A DNA stretch of 63,976 nt, the filler included, from Sandaracinaceae bacterium (GTDB taxonomy: Bacteria > Myxococcota_A > Polyangia > Polyangiales > JADJQN01), in the NCBI GenBank assembly GCA_947483975.1. It is 5 parts of 5 records of this genome, joined end to end, with 100 filler letters (N's around TTAATTAATTAA, not from the genome) between each part and the next. Parts side by side here need not be neighbours in the genome. Positions count along the whole stretch, not along the records: positions 1 to 13,308 come from CANKOL010000118.1; 4 more parts are not named here. One strand, written 5' to 3'. Shown here piece by piece: positions 1 through 10,274 of the stretch. The position numbers and the translations under genes are program-made. The first letter of the stretch is position 1; every line of letters starts with the position of its first letter. The notes under the pieces were generated by a model. The model was not told the DNA's origin. It worked only from the letters and a program-made list of their open reading frames with translations, and did no database searches.

Positions 1-96
1 CGACCCCGACGCCTCCCGGTCCGACGCCCCCGGCGCCAGGGTCTGCGGCGCCCGCGCCGCACTGAGCGGCCTCGCATGGAGCGCTCCAGGTCGCGA

Positions 97-126
97 TTGA
101 CCTCGATGGCGCAGCCCAGGTACAGT
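97..126 (+). promoter_or_regulatory. Putative sigma-70 promoter for cglF/gltG
   Basis: TTGACC (97-102), 18-bp spacer, TACAGT (121-126), followed by GGAGG RBS at 152-156 and ATG at 165. Confidence 0.55.
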
Positions 127-164
127 TCGCTCGTCTCGTGTGCAAGCTGCTGGAGGTTCAGGTC

Positions 165-437
165 ATGAAGAAGATCACGCTGTTCGCTGTATTCGCCGCT
201 CTGACCATGTTCTCCAGCGCCTCGGTTTACGCCCAGGATCCTCCGGCTGCAGGTGGCGGCGGTCGCGCGGGTGGTGATGCCACCACCTATGACTTCGACG
301 ACGACCTCGTCACGGGCGACCTCGTTCGCCCGGACGGCGAACTCCTCAACGTTCGTCGCCGTGGGCAGCGCAACTCTCTCATCCGCATCCGCGAGCACTT
401 CATCCCGGAGATGCTCAAGTCGGTCGAGAATCTATAG
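165..437 (+). CDS. cglF: Adventurous gliding motility protein CglF/GltF-like, secreted
   Basis: Signal peptide, then YDFDDDLVTGDLVRPDGE...SLIRIREHFIPEMLKSVENL typical of CglF/GltF; directly upstream of gltG; GGAGG RBS. Confidence 0.8.
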   Translation: MKKITLFAVFAALTMFSSASVYAQDPPAAGGGGRAGGDATTYDFDDDLVTGDLVRPDGELLNVRRRGQRNSLIRIREHFIPEMLKSVENL

Positions 438-696
438 CGCTCCTTAGTTTGGGATGGTCGGTGCTTCGCGGGAACTCTCGCGGAGGTTCGCTGTCAGAGG
501 GTGCGCAGGTGGTGGACCGGAGACGGGCTGCCTGCCACGACGGTTGTCTATCCGCGGCCGCCGCAATTCGCGGGACCGCTGGTATGCGACCGGGACGTGA
601 TCGAAGGCGCAGGCCGGATGCCCAGCGTGATGCTGGGCGCGGCTGGTGGAGTGGAGGCCGCAGAGCGGCTTCTGATCTCCCCGACGGAGGCGGACG

Positions 697-2742
697 GTGA
701 CTACGAAGATTCCGATGACCTTCAAGATCTTCCAAGGTGAAGATCTGGTCCGCACTGAGAAGCTGGTGCAGGACATCATCAAGGTAGGCAAGCTGCCGTC
801 CAGCCACCTGCGCATCGATGATGACAACGTCTCGCGGATGCACGCCGTCATCGAGGTGACGGGGCCAGACGAGATCTTCATCATCGACCTGGGGTCGGCG
901 TCGGGCACGATCGTCAACGGCAAGAAGGTCAACAAGACCCGCTTGCAGAGTGGCGACGAGATCATGCTCGGCGGGACTCGCGTCGTCGTGGAGATCAGCT
1001 CCGCGGAAGACGCGGAGGTCGTGAGCCCCCTCGTCTCGGAGCCGGCTCCGCCGATGGCCGCAGCGCGCCCTGCGCCCCCCGCAGCGCCTGCGGCCGCGCC
1101 GCTCGCGAATCCATTTGCTGCGCCGGCCGGGGGAGGGCTCGCTAACCCGTTCGCGGCACCGCCTCCGGGGCTCGCGAATCCGTTCGCTGCGCCGGTTGCG
1201 GCGGCAGCGCCTGTCGCCGCCGTGAGCGCCGACGGGGACAACATCCGCTACGGCATCGCGGCCAGCGGGCCGGCGGTGTCCCCTGCCGAGACTGACGTCG
1301 ACGCGCAGGCCATCGAGGTCGTCGTGATGTGGGGCGACTCGAGCGTGCTCCATGTGGCGCATTTGTCGCCGCCGCGCGATTTCTACGTCGGTGAGGAGGC
1401 GGTCGGCAAGGGCTCGCCGAAGACCGATTATCTCATCGGCAGCGAGTTGCTCGGTACGGACCGGCTTCCCATCGTGGTTCAGGCGGGCGGCGGGGTCGCC
1501 GTGGTGATTCCTGCAGGCGCGACGGGCGATGTGACCGTGGGCGGCCAGGCGATGACGTTCGCTGACTTGGGTCAGCAGGGACGTCTTCAGCCCTGCGGGC
1601 AGGTCGCAGGCGCGCAGCAGTTCGCGCTCCCCGCGGGTGCGATGGCGAAGGTGGCGTACAAGGGCCTGACCTTCCTGGTCAAGCCCGTCCAGGCCGGCAA
1701 GGCCGTCGGCAAGAGCGGCGGGGGCGTCGACTGGAAGTCGTACATCTGGACTGGCGTTTCGGTGGCCGTGCATGGCGCGTTCCTGCTGCTGATGTACTTC
1801 ATGCCGCCGAGCAGCTCCTCGCTCAGTCTCGAGCTGCTCACGGCGGACTCGCGGTACGCGAAGTACCTGATCGAGCCCCCGGAGACGCAGGAAGAGGAGC
1901 AGCCTGAGTGGCTGCAAGAGCAGAACAAGAACGCCGACGACGGCGGCAAGGGCAAGCGTCACAAGGGTGACGAGGGCCAGATGGGCAAGAACGACGCGAA
2001 GAAGACCAAGAACCGCTACGGCATCGAGGGCCCGGCGAGCAACCAGGACCCGCACATGGCGCGGGATGCGGCGCGCGAGACGGCGCGTACGGCTGGTATT
2101 CTCGGTGTTCTTCGGGCTTCGACGGGTGCTTGGAACTCGCCGACGTCGCCCTTCGGTCGTGACTCTGCGCTCGGCAACGACGCGATGAGCGCGCTCGGCG
2201 CCCTGATGGGCGATCAGATCGGTGAGAACTTCGGCTTCGGAGGCCTCGGACTGCGCGGCACGGGGCGAGGCGGCGGTGGAACCGGCGAGGGCACCATCGG
2301 TCTTGGTAGCCTCGGCACGATCGGTCACGGCGGCGGCGGCGGTGATGGCAACGGCTACGGACGCGGCGCGGGCGGCTTCTCGGGACGCTCGGCACGAGTG
2401 CCGCGCATCCGTACCGGCAACGCGGATGTCCGCGGTTCGCTCTCGAAGGAAGTCATTCGGCGCGTCATTCAGCGCCACATCAACGAGGTTCGGTTCTGCT
2501 ACGAGCAGCAGCTGAATCAGCGCCCGGATCTCCAGGGTCGTATCAGCGTGCAGTTCGTCATCTCCCCGACGGGCGCGGTTCAGATGGCGGCGATTTCGGC
2601 CTCGGACATGGGCTCGCCGCCGGTCGAGACGTGCGTCGCTGGGGCCGTGCAGCGGTGGTCGTTCCCGGCGCCGGAGGGTGGCGGCATCGTCGTCGTCAAC
2701 TATCCCTTCGTGCTCCAGGCGACGGGTGGCGAGGGCGAGTGA
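697..2742 (+). CDS. gltG: Gliding motility protein GltG (N-terminal FHA, one TM helix, Gly-rich region, AgmX/PglI TonB-like C-terminal domain)
   Basis: FHA motifs (VSRMHAVI, DLGSASGTIVNG), TM helix SVAVHGAFLLLMYF, C-terminal IRRVIQRHINEVRFCYEQ...WSFPAPEGGGIVVVNYPF; GTG start after GGAGG. Confidence 0.8.
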   Translation: MTTKIPMTFKIFQGEDLVRTEKLVQDIIKVGKLPSSHLRIDDDNVSRMHAVIEVTGPDEIFIIDLGSASGTIVNGKKVNKTRLQSGDEIMLGGTRVVVEISSAEDAEVVSPLVSEPAPPMAAARPAPPAAPAAAPLANPFAAPAGGGLANPFAAPPPGLANPFAAPVAAAAPVAAVSADGDNIRYGIAASGPAVSPAETDVDAQAIEVVVMWGDSSVLHVAHLSPPRDFYVGEEAVGKGSPKTDYLIGSELLGTDRLPIVVQAGGGVAVVIPAGATGDVTVGGQAMTFADLGQQGRLQPCGQVAGAQQFALPAGAMAKVAYKGLTFLVKPVQAGKAVGKSGGGVDWKSYIWTGVSVAVHGAFLLLMYFMPPSSSSLSLELLTADSRYAKYLIEPPETQEEEQPEWLQEQNKNADDGGKGKRHKGDEGQMGKNDAKKTKNRYGIEGPASNQDPHMARDAARETARTAGILGVLRASTGAWNSPTSPFGRDSALGNDAMSALGALMGDQIGENFGFGGLGLRGTGRGGGGTGEGTIGLGSLGTIGHGGGGGDGNGYGRGAGGFSGRSARVPRIRTGNADVRGSLSKEVIRRVIQRHINEVRFCYEQQLNQRPDLQGRISVQFVISPTGAVQMAAISASDMGSPPVETCVAGAVQRWSFPAPEGGGIVVVNYPFVLQATGGEGE

Positions 2743-2770
2743 TCGTCTAGTCGGTTAGACAGCGCGAAAC

Positions 2771-2978
2771 CGCGAGCGGGCGGCCTGGCAACGGGTCGCC
2801 CGTCTTGCGTTTGTAGGGGGTGGGCGCGCCGCGTTGGCGAACCGGGGAACACGCGGGCGCGAACGGGCGGCCTGGCAACGGGTCGCCTGTCTTGCGTTTG
2901 TAGAGGACGGGCGCGCCGCGCGTGGGCGAACCGGCGGCTCGCGCACGCGGGAACGGGCCGCCTGGAGAACCGGCGCCC
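2771..2978. repeat. Intergenic ~87-bp tandem repeat (2 full copies + 1 partial) containing a GCAA-loop hairpin
   Basis: GGGCGGCCTGGCAACGGGTCGCCYGTCTTGCGTTTGTAG...GGCGAACCGG begins at 2778 and 2865; degenerate third copy near 2951; lies between convergent genes. Confidence 0.85.
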
Positions 2979-2987
2979 GAGGGGCGT

Positions 2988-3803
2988 TCAGCGCACGCGG
3001 TGCAGGGCGTCGGCGAGCCAGCGCGCTCGGACGAAGGTGCGGGTGAGCGCCAAAAGCTGGGTGACGACGAGCACGCCCAGGGTCGCGAGGGGGCCGCCGA
3101 GGTCGAGCAGGCCGCCCAGCAGCTGGGCCGTCACGGCGAGGGTGGCGCCTACGGTGAGCCACCCCGTGTACGCGGGAACGGCGCTCCAGGAGAAGCAAGC
3201 GCCGGCGCCCCGAAGGACGGCCGCGGGGATGCTCGCCCCGCGCGCTAGGGAGGCGCGCGCGAGGTCGTGCCAGGTCGCCCATACCGCGGCGCAGAGGCAC
3301 GCGGGCAGGCACGCGGCGAGCAAGGCGAGGTCGTGCGTTCGGTCGTTGGGCAACGTCTTGACCATCAGGGTCACGACGGCGGGCACGCCGGCGAGCAGGA
3401 GCGCGGCGAGCAGGAGCAGGGGGGAGAGCGCGAGGGAGACGCCGATCGCTGAAAGGTATCGACGCGCGCCATCGGCGAGCGCTTCTGGAAGGCGCCTCCG
3501 CCGCAGCAGCGCCGCGAGCCACATCATCTGGAGAAGCGGGCTGAGCAGCAAGGTCAGCAGGAACGCGACCAACGTGACGTTCGCGAGCACTCCCCACGCG
3601 CTGCCGATCTCCGTGAAGGCTTCCATCAGCCAAGTCCCGCCTGGCCCGTAGAGCGCGCCGCTGCCGAGCGGGTGGTCGGTGACAGAGTGTTCGAGGGAGC
3701 GCGCCAGCGGCAGCGCGGGCACGAGGGCCACGAGCGCACCACACACGTAGACGGCGAACGTGGTGACGGACGCGCCGCGCACTCGTTGCATCGCGGCGTT
3801 CAC
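2988..3803 (-). CDS. Hypothetical multi-pass membrane protein
   Basis: About 6 hydrophobic helices; GTG start overlaps the TGA of the upstream M1 peptidase (GTGA coupling); the longer ORF-track start at 4667 is shadow frame. Confidence 0.7.
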   Translation of the reverse strand: MNAAMQRVRGASVTTFAVYVCGALVALVPALPLARSLEHSVTDHPLGSGALYGPGGTWLMEAFTEIGSAWGVLANVTLVAFLLTLLLSPLLQMMWLAALLRRRRLPEALADGARRYLSAIGVSLALSPLLLLAALLLAGVPAVVTLMVKTLPNDRTHDLALLAACLPACLCAAVWATWHDLARASLARGASIPAAVLRGAGACFSWSAVPAYTGWLTVGATLAVTAQLLGGLLDLGGPLATLGVLVVTQLLALTRTFVRARWLADALHRVR

Positions 3804-5728
3804 GCGCCCACCGCCGCGAGGAGCGCCTGAAAGAGCCCGAGGAGGCGCGCCAGCACGGCGCGCTTGGGCGCGGCGCGGTGCGAGATCGCCCCGTCGAGAG
3901 CGTTGCTGTCGAGCAGGTTGTGGCGGTCCGGGTCGAGCAGCGCCGACACGAACTGCTGTCGCGAGGTGAAGCTCGCGCGGAAGCGGGGAGCGCCGGGCGC
4001 CCAGGGCAAGCGCCGCCGGGTGCCGCTCGCCGTTTGCAGCTCGATGGACAGAGGGAGCGCGAGGGGCCCATCCCGCTGCGCCTCGATCTCGGTGATGAAG
4101 TTCCCCGCGCCGTCTCGGACGCTGGTCAGGTGGACCAAGCGGGCGTCTGCGGTCTCGCCGCGCAGTAGCGCCGGGCGCAGGACGCGCTCCGAAAACGCGC
4201 TGCCGAAGACGCCGTCGAACGCCGCGAAGAGGTCGTCGGGCGTCGGATGACGGAAGCGCTGCGCTCGCGCGTAGTGGCCGATGGCTCGGTCGAAGCGCGC
4301 GGCGCCGTAGGTGCGGCGGGTCGTCTCGAGCGTGACGGCGGTGCGCAGGTAGACCGAGCGCCCGTAGGCCTCCTCGTCGAACGCGTAGGCGGGCAGCCCC
4401 GGTGCGGGTACCGGCCGACCGCGCAGGGAGATGAGGCGCTGCAGCTCGAAGTTGTCGAGCGTCAGCCCGGGGAGGGAAAGCGCCGACCGCGCGCTGCCGT
4501 AGAGGTCCGCCAGCAGGCGGCTCGTCGCCCACTGCGTGATCCCCTCGTCCAGCATCGGCCACTCGACCTCGTTCGACGCGACGAGGCCATAGAACCACTC
4601 GTGCGCGAGCTCGTGCGCGGTCACGTCCTCGGGGAAGGGCATGTGCATCCCGGGCACGTTCAGCCACGGCCCAGCGGACACGATCAGCGTCGGATACTCC
4701 ATGCCCGCCGCGCCGTCGGCGCCGCGCGGGGGGAGCACGACGGTGAGCGTCGGGTAAGGGTAGGGCCCGAAGGCGCGACCGTAGCGGGTGAGGCCTTCGC
4801 GCACGACGAGTTCGTGGCGGGGCAGCACGTCCTCGTAGCCGGGCGGGTAGAGGAAGCGGACGCTGACGCCCTCATGCGAGAACGAGCGCTCCTTGAAGTG
4901 CGGCCACGCCACCCAGGCGGCGTCGTGTACGCGGTCTGCGTGGAAGCTTCGGACGACGCGTCCCCCGCGCGCCTGCTCGCTCGTCTGCTGTCCGGTCGCG
5001 CCCACGACCCAACCCGGCGGGACCGAGAGCGCGAGGTCGTAGGTGGCGAAGTCCGAATAGAACTCGCCCATCCCATGGTACGGGAAGCACACCCACTTCC
5101 CCTCGGGCTCACGCCGCGCGAGCTTCGGGAACCACTGCGCGACCATGTGAAAATCGCGCTCGTAGCCGCTGCGCGCGAACACCGGGGGCAGGTGTGAGCG
5201 GAACACGATGCGCAGATCGATCGCGTCGCCCGTCGCGACGGGCGTCGGCAGGAGCACGCGCATCTGGGTGGCGTCGCCTCGGACGAGATCGGTGCGCGCG
5301 CCCTGCAGCAAGTCGGTGCCGTCGCTGGTTCGCAGCGAGGTGACGTCGATGCTGCCGCGCCCGGGGTTGCGCACGCCGCGCAGCTGCCCGCGGGACTCGC
5401 GCATGAAGACGGTGTCGTCACTCGCGAACGCGTTCAGGTAGAGGTGCAGCCAGAGATCCGTCGCAGGCGCGGCGGACTCGTTGACCCAGTGAAGGAGCAG
5501 CGTCCCGTCGACGGTGTGCGTCGCGGGGTCGAGGCTGGCTTCGATGCGGTAGCGCGTGGGGGTCGGCGCAGGCGGCGCGACGACGGTCGCGTCCTGCGCG
5601 GCGCGTTCCTGCGCGCGCGCTCGCGGCGAGATGGCACCAGCGACCGCCAGCAGCAGCGCGAGCGAGGCTGCCCAGCGCGCGCTTCGTGAGATGGGGCGCC
5701 GCGTTGAAGTCGAACGCACGGGGCGCAT
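3800..5728 (-). CDS. Secreted M1-family (gluzincin) zinc aminopeptidase
   Basis: Signal peptide; GAAGMEY (GxMEN-like) and HELAHEWF-x-DEG zinc motif. Confidence 0.85.
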   Translation of the reverse strand: MRPVRSTSTRRPISRSARWAASLALLLAVAGAISPRARAQERAAQDATVVAPPAPTPTRYRIEASLDPATHTVDGTLLLHWVNESAAPATDLWLHLYLNAFASDDTVFMRESRGQLRGVRNPGRGSIDVTSLRTSDGTDLLQGARTDLVRGDATQMRVLLPTPVATGDAIDLRIVFRSHLPPVFARSGYERDFHMVAQWFPKLARREPEGKWVCFPYHGMGEFYSDFATYDLALSVPPGWVVGATGQQTSEQARGGRVVRSFHADRVHDAAWVAWPHFKERSFSHEGVSVRFLYPPGYEDVLPRHELVVREGLTRYGRAFGPYPYPTLTVVLPPRGADGAAGMEYPTLIVSAGPWLNVPGMHMPFPEDVTAHELAHEWFYGLVASNEVEWPMLDEGITQWATSRLLADLYGSARSALSLPGLTLDNFELQRLISLRGRPVPAPGLPAYAFDEEAYGRSVYLRTAVTLETTRRTYGAARFDRAIGHYARAQRFRHPTPDDLFAAFDGVFGSAFSERVLRPALLRGETADARLVHLTSVRDGAGNFITEIEAQRDGPLALPLSIELQTASGTRRRLPWAPGAPRFRASFTSRQQFVSALLDPDRHNLLDSNALDGAISHRAAPKRAVLARLLGLFQALLAAVGA

Positions 5729-5771
5729 CTTGCCATGCGCGGCCCGCGGTCCCGCGTAGAATCGCGTGCTC

Positions 5772-6269
5772 ATGGTGGACGCTCTCGACCTCTTCGTCGT
5801 GCCGCTCCCGACGCGCCGCGCGACGCGTCGGCTCGGCGCTGCGCTCGGCACGGTGCTGGTCGCGGGTGACCTCGTCGTGCTCGAGGGTGATCTCGGGGCG
5901 GGCAAGACCTTCCTCGTCCGCGCGGTCGCGCGCGCGCTCGGCGTCGGGGCGCACGTTCCCGTCACCTCGCCGACCTTCGCGCTCGTGCACGAGCTGCCGG
6001 CGCGTATGCCGCTCGTGCACGCTGACCTCTATCGACTGAGGGACGCGGATGAGCTGCGCGAGCTCGGGCTCGTCGAGCGCGTCGGCGACGATGCCGTCGT
6101 GCTCGTCGAGTGGGGGGAGCGATTCCTCCATGCGCTCGGCCGCGATGGGGTGCTCGTGCGCCTCGGGCTGGACGCCGGAGGGGCTCGGCGCGCGTCGCTC
6201 GAGGCGCTCGGCGCGCGCGGCCGCGTGGTCGTGCAGGCGGTGCGCGAGTTGCTCGCCGCGGACGGCTGA
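5772..6269 (+). CDS. tsaE: tRNA t6A biosynthesis ATPase TsaE
   Basis: [11 protein letters not shown]-loop, [21 protein letters not shown] motifs. Confidence 0.92.
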   Translation: MVDALDLFVVPLPTRRATRRLGAALGTVLVAGDLVVLEGDLGAGKTFLVRAVARALGVGAHVPVTSPTFALVHELPARMPLVHADLYRLRDADELRELGLVERVGDDAVVLVEWGERFLHALGRDGVLVRLGLDAGGARRASLEALGARGRVVVQAVRELLAADG

Positions 6270-6318
6270 GTGTCCGCGGTCCTTGCGGTGCTGGCCGCGC
6301 TCTGGTAACGCCGCCGCC

Positions 6319-9300
6319 ATGCCGCGCCGCGAAGACCTACGGAAGATCCTCATCCTCGGCTCGGGTCCGATCGTCATCGGACAGGCGGCGGAGTTCGACT
6401 ACTCCGGCACGCAGGGCGCGAAAGCGCTGCGCGAGGAGGGCTACGAGGTCGTCCTCGTCAACTCGAACCCCGCGACGGTGATGACCGATCCGGAATTCGC
6501 CGACCGGACGTACGTCGAGCCGCTCGTGCCCGAGGTGATCGAGGCGATCATCGCGCGCGAGAAGCCTGACGCGATTCTGCCGACGCTCGGCGGGCAGACG
6601 GCGCTGAACCTCGCGCTCGCCCTGGCCAAGAGCGGGGCGCTCGCGCGGCACGGAGTGGAGCTGCTCGGCGCGAGCGTCGAGGCGATCAACAAGGCCGAGG
6701 ATCGCGAGCTCTTCAAGGCCGCGATGGAGAAGATCGGCCTCTCCTGCGCCAAGGCGCGCGTCGCGCGCACCATCGAGGAGGCGGAGGCTGCCGCGGTGGA
6801 GGTCGGCTTCCCGGTCATCCTCCGGCCGTCCTTCACGCTCGGCGGCTCGGGCGGTGGCGTCGCGTACAACAAGCAGGAGTTCGACGTCGCGATCCGCTGG
6901 GCTTTTCAGCAGAGCCCGACGCACGAGTGCCTCGTCGAAGAGAGCGTCATCGGCTGGAAGGAGTTCGAGCTCGAGGTCATCCGGGACCGCGCCGACAACT
7001 TCGCAGTGATCTGCACGATCGAGAATTTCGACCCGATGGGCGTGCACACGGGCGACTCGATCACCGTCGCGCCCGCGATGACGCTCACCGACAAGGAATA
7101 TCAGCGCCTCCGTGATGCGGCGCGCGCCGTCATCACCGAGATCGGCGTCGAGACGGGCGGCTCGAACATCCAGTTCGCCATCAACCCGCACGACGGTCGC
7201 ATCTTCGTCATCGAGATGAACCCGCGCGTGTCGCGCTCGTCCGCGCTCGCGTCGAAGGCGACGGGCTATCCGATCGCGAAGATCGCGGCGAAGCTCGCCG
7301 TCGGCTATCGGCTCGACGAGCTGCGCAACGACATCACGGGCACGAGCGCCGCGTTCGAGCCGAGCATCGACTACGTCGTCGTGAAGTGGCCGCGCTTCAC
7401 GTTCGAGAAGTTCGAGGGCGCCGATCCGCGCCTGACGACGCAGATGAAGTCCGTCGGCGAGGTGATGTCCATCGGGCGCACCTTCAAGGAGGCGGCCGAG
7501 AAGGCCGCGCGCAGCCTGGAGATCGGGCGCGAAGGCCTCGTGTCGCTGCGCGAGAAGGTCGACTACCGCGCGCTCGCCGAGCAGCTGCGGGCGCTGCGCG
7601 ACAACGGCACGGTGTTCACGCGCGTGCCGCGCCTCGCGGACGGGGTGCCGCCGGCGGACGATGCGGAGCTGCGCGAGGCGATCCTCGAGGTCGTGCGGAC
7701 GCCCATCGCCGACCGGATGTGGCACATCGTCGACGGGCTGCGCGTCGGGCTCACCGTCGAGCAGCTTCACGCGGCGACGTTCATCGACCGCTGGTTCCTC
7801 GAGCAGCTGCGGCAGATCGTCGAAGAGGAGCGCTCGCTCGCCGTCGAGGTGAGGGCGAGCGGCACGCTGCTCCCGGCGACGCTGCGGCGCGCGAAGACGA
7901 TGGGGCTCTCGGACGCGCGCATCGGCGGCGTCACCGGGCTCGAGACGAGCGTGGTCCGCGAGACGCGCCTCGCGGCCGGCGTGCGGCCGATCTTCGCGCG
8001 CGTCGACTCTTGCGCCGCCGAGTTCGTGGCGCGGACGCCGTACCTCTACTCGACGTGGGGCGAGCGCTGCGAGGCGGAGCCGACCGACCGCAAGAAGGTG
8101 CTGATCCTCGGCGGCGGGCCGAACCGCATCGGGCAGGGCATCGAGTTCGACTATTGCTGCGTGCACGCGGCGTTCGCGCTCCGAGAGCTCGGGCTCGAGA
8201 CGGTGATGGTCAACTGCAACCCCGAGACGGTGTCGACGGACTACGACACTTCGGACCGCCTCTACTTCGAGCCGCTCACGTTCGAGGACGTGATGGCGAT
8301 CGTCGAGGTCGAGAAGCCGATGGGCGTCATCGTGCAGTTCGGCGGGCAGACGCCGCTCAAGCTCGCGATGGCGCTCGCGCGCGCCGGCGTGCCGATCCTC
8401 GGCACGAGCGCAGAGGCCATCGACCGCGCCGAAGACCGCGAGAAGTTCGACGCGATCCTGCAGACGCTGCGCCTGCGCAGGCCGCGGGGCGCGATCGCGC
8501 GCGGGGTCGGTGAGGCGTTCGAGATCGCTGACAAGATCGGCTATCCCGTCGTCGTGCGCCCGAGCTACGTGCTCGGCGGTCGCGCGATGGAGGTCGTGCA
8601 CTCGCGCACGGATCTCGCGCGCTACATGACGCAGGCCTTCGAGGCGGTGGAGGACGCGGAGTCGCGCACCATCCTCGTCGACGAGTTCCTGAAGGACGCG
8701 ATCGAGGTCGACGTCGACTGCGTCGCCGACGGCAAGACGGTCGTCATCGGCGGCGTGATGCAGCACATCGAGGAGGCCGGGATTCACAGCGGCGACTCGT
8801 CGAGCGTGCTGCCGGCCCACGCGCTGCCCCCCGAGGTGCAGGGCTCGATTCGCTCGGCGACGCGCGCGCTCGCGCTCGAGCTCGGCGTCGTCGGCTTGAT
8901 GAACGTGCAGTACGCCGTGCGCGGGAGCGCGGTGTACGTCATCGAGGTGAACCCGCGCGCGTCGCGCACGATCCCCTTCGTTTCCAAGGCGATCGGCGTC
9001 GCGCTCGCGAAGGTCGCCGCGAAGGCGATGGCCGGAGTATCGCTCGTCGAGCAGGGGTTCACGAAGGAGATCGTCACCCATCACATCGCCGTGAAGGAGT
9101 CGGTCTTCCCGTTCGCGAAGTTCCCCGGAGTGGACACGATCCTCGGCCCCGAGATGCGCTCGACCGGCGAGGTGATGGGGATCTCGTCGAGCTTCCCGCA
9201 GGCGTTCCTCAAGGCACAGCTCGCGGGTGGCGCGCGGCTGCCGGACGCCGGGCTCGTCTTCGTCAGCGTGCGCGACGACGACAAGTCGGCCGCTTGCGAG

Positions 9301-9717
9301 ATCGCGCTGCGGCTCACGGAGCTTGGCTTCGCGGTGTGCGCGACGGGCGGCACGGCGGCGGCGTTCGTGCGCGCCGGCGTCGTCGCAGAGCACGTGCTCA
9401 AGGTGACGGAGGGCCGCCCGAACATCGTCGACCGCATCCGCAACGGCGAGGTCGCGATGGTCGTGAACTCCTCGTCGGGGGCGCAGTCGATTCGCGACAG
9501 CTTCTCGCTGCGGCGGCAGACGCTGGTCTCGGGAGTGCCGTATTTCACCACGATCGCGGCGGCCGCGGCGGCCGTCGGCGCCATCGAGTCACGGCGCGAG
9601 AGCGCGCTCGAGCTGCTGTCGCTGCAGGAGTATCACGGCGCCGTGCTCACGCAGCAGGCGGCGCAGCTCGCTGCACAGTCGGCGTCGAAGCGGCAGAGCA
9701 TCCCGCCCGAGCGCTGA
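6319..9717 (+). CDS. carB: Carbamoyl-phosphate synthase large subunit
   Basis: [31 protein letters not shown]-terminus, duplicated ATP-grasp domains, C-terminal MGS domain. Confidence 0.97.
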   Translation: MPRREDLRKILILGSGPIVIGQAAEFDYSGTQGAKALREEGYEVVLVNSNPATVMTDPEFADRTYVEPLVPEVIEAIIAREKPDAILPTLGGQTALNLALALAKSGALARHGVELLGASVEAINKAEDRELFKAAMEKIGLSCAKARVARTIEEAEAAAVEVGFPVILRPSFTLGGSGGGVAYNKQEFDVAIRWAFQQSPTHECLVEESVIGWKEFELEVIRDRADNFAVICTIENFDPMGVHTGDSITVAPAMTLTDKEYQRLRDAARAVITEIGVETGGSNIQFAINPHDGRIFVIEMNPRVSRSSALASKATGYPIAKIAAKLAVGYRLDELRNDITGTSAAFEPSIDYVVVKWPRFTFEKFEGADPRLTTQMKSVGEVMSIGRTFKEAAEKAARSLEIGREGLVSLREKVDYRALAEQLRALRDNGTVFTRVPRLADGVPPADDAELREAILEVVRTPIADRMWHIVDGLRVGLTVEQLHAATFIDRWFLEQLRQIVEEERSLAVEVRASGTLLPATLRRAKTMGLSDARIGGVTGLETSVVRETRLAAGVRPIFARVDSCAAEFVARTPYLYSTWGERCEAEPTDRKKVLILGGGPNRIGQGIEFDYCCVHAAFALRELGLETVMVNCNPETVSTDYDTSDRLYFEPLTFEDVMAIVEVEKPMGVIVQFGGQTPLKLAMALARAGVPILGTSAEAIDRAEDREKFDAILQTLRLRRPRGAIARGVGEAFEIADKIGYPVVVRPSYVLGGRAMEVVHSRTDLARYMTQAFEAVEDAESRTILVDEFLKDAIEVDVDCVADGKTVVIGGVMQHIEEAGIHSGDSSSVLPAHALPPEVQGSIRSATRALALELGVVGLMNVQYAVRGSAVYVIEVNPRASRTIPFVSKAIGVALAKVAAKAMAGVSLVEQGFTKEIVTHHIAVKESVFPFAKFPGVDTILGPEMRSTGEVMGISSSFPQAFLKAQLAGGARLPDAGLVFVSVRDDDKSAACEIALRLTELGFAVCATGGTAAAFVRAGVVAEHVLKVTEGRPNIVDRIRNGEVAMVVNSSSGAQSIRDSFSLRRQTLVSGVPYFTTIAAAAAAVGAIESRRESALELLSLQEYHGAVLTQQAAQLAAQSASKRQSIPPER

Positions 9718-9784
9718 CGTAGGCCGCGTTCGAGCGAGGGTGCGCGCTTGCCCGTGCAGGCGCAGCGGTGTACCTAGCCCCGCC

Positions 9785-10258
9785 ATGGACAAGGTGCCGA
9801 TGACGCCGCAAGGACACACGCAGCTGAAAGAGGAGTTGCGGCACCTCAAGGACATCGAGCGCCCGCGGATCTCGCACGAGATCGGCGTTGCCCGGGAGCA
9901 CGGCGATCTCAAGGAGAACGCCGAGTATCACGCGGCCAAGGACAAGCAGGGCTTCATCGAAGGCCGCATCTTGGACATCGAAGACAAGCTCGCGCGAGCA
10001 GAGGTGATTGACGTGTCCATACTCGGCGGAACCAAGATCAAGTTCGGTGCGTTCGTGAAGCTCGAGGAGGCCGCGACCGGCAAGGTCATCGAGTACCGGC
10101 TCGTCGGACCCGAGGAAGCCAGCGTCGAGCGCGGGACGATCTCCGTGACGTCGCCCGTCGCTCGCGCGATGATCGGCCGCGAGGTCGGCGACGAAGTGCA
10201 GGTGCGCGCCCCGGGCGGCGTCAAGGCGTACGAGGTCCTCGAGATTCGCTGGTCCTGA
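9785..10258 (+). CDS. greA: Transcription elongation factor GreA
   Basis: [17 protein letters not shown] and [13 protein letters not shown] motifs; follows carB. Confidence 0.95.
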   Translation: MDKVPMTPQGHTQLKEELRHLKDIERPRISHEIGVAREHGDLKENAEYHAAKDKQGFIEGRILDIEDKLARAEVIDVSILGGTKIKFGAFVKLEEAATGKVIEYRLVGPEEASVERGTISVTSPVARAMIGREVGDEVQVRAPGGVKAYEVLEIRWS

Positions 10259-10274
10259 GCTCGCGGCGCGAGCC

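Noticed and set aside
620..638. Hairpin GCCCAGC-GTGAT-GCTGGGC between cglF and gltG as a terminator or riboswitch
   Set aside because: A short stem without a U-tract is easily produced by chance at this GC content; there is no other support.
415..2478. Long antisense ORFs (415-2478, 6337-9393, 10221-12722, 13353-16151, 27557-29614, 55023-57110, 58273-61458 and others)
   Set aside because: Arg/Ala-rich shadow frames opposite well-supported genes, as expected at this GC content; no motifs.
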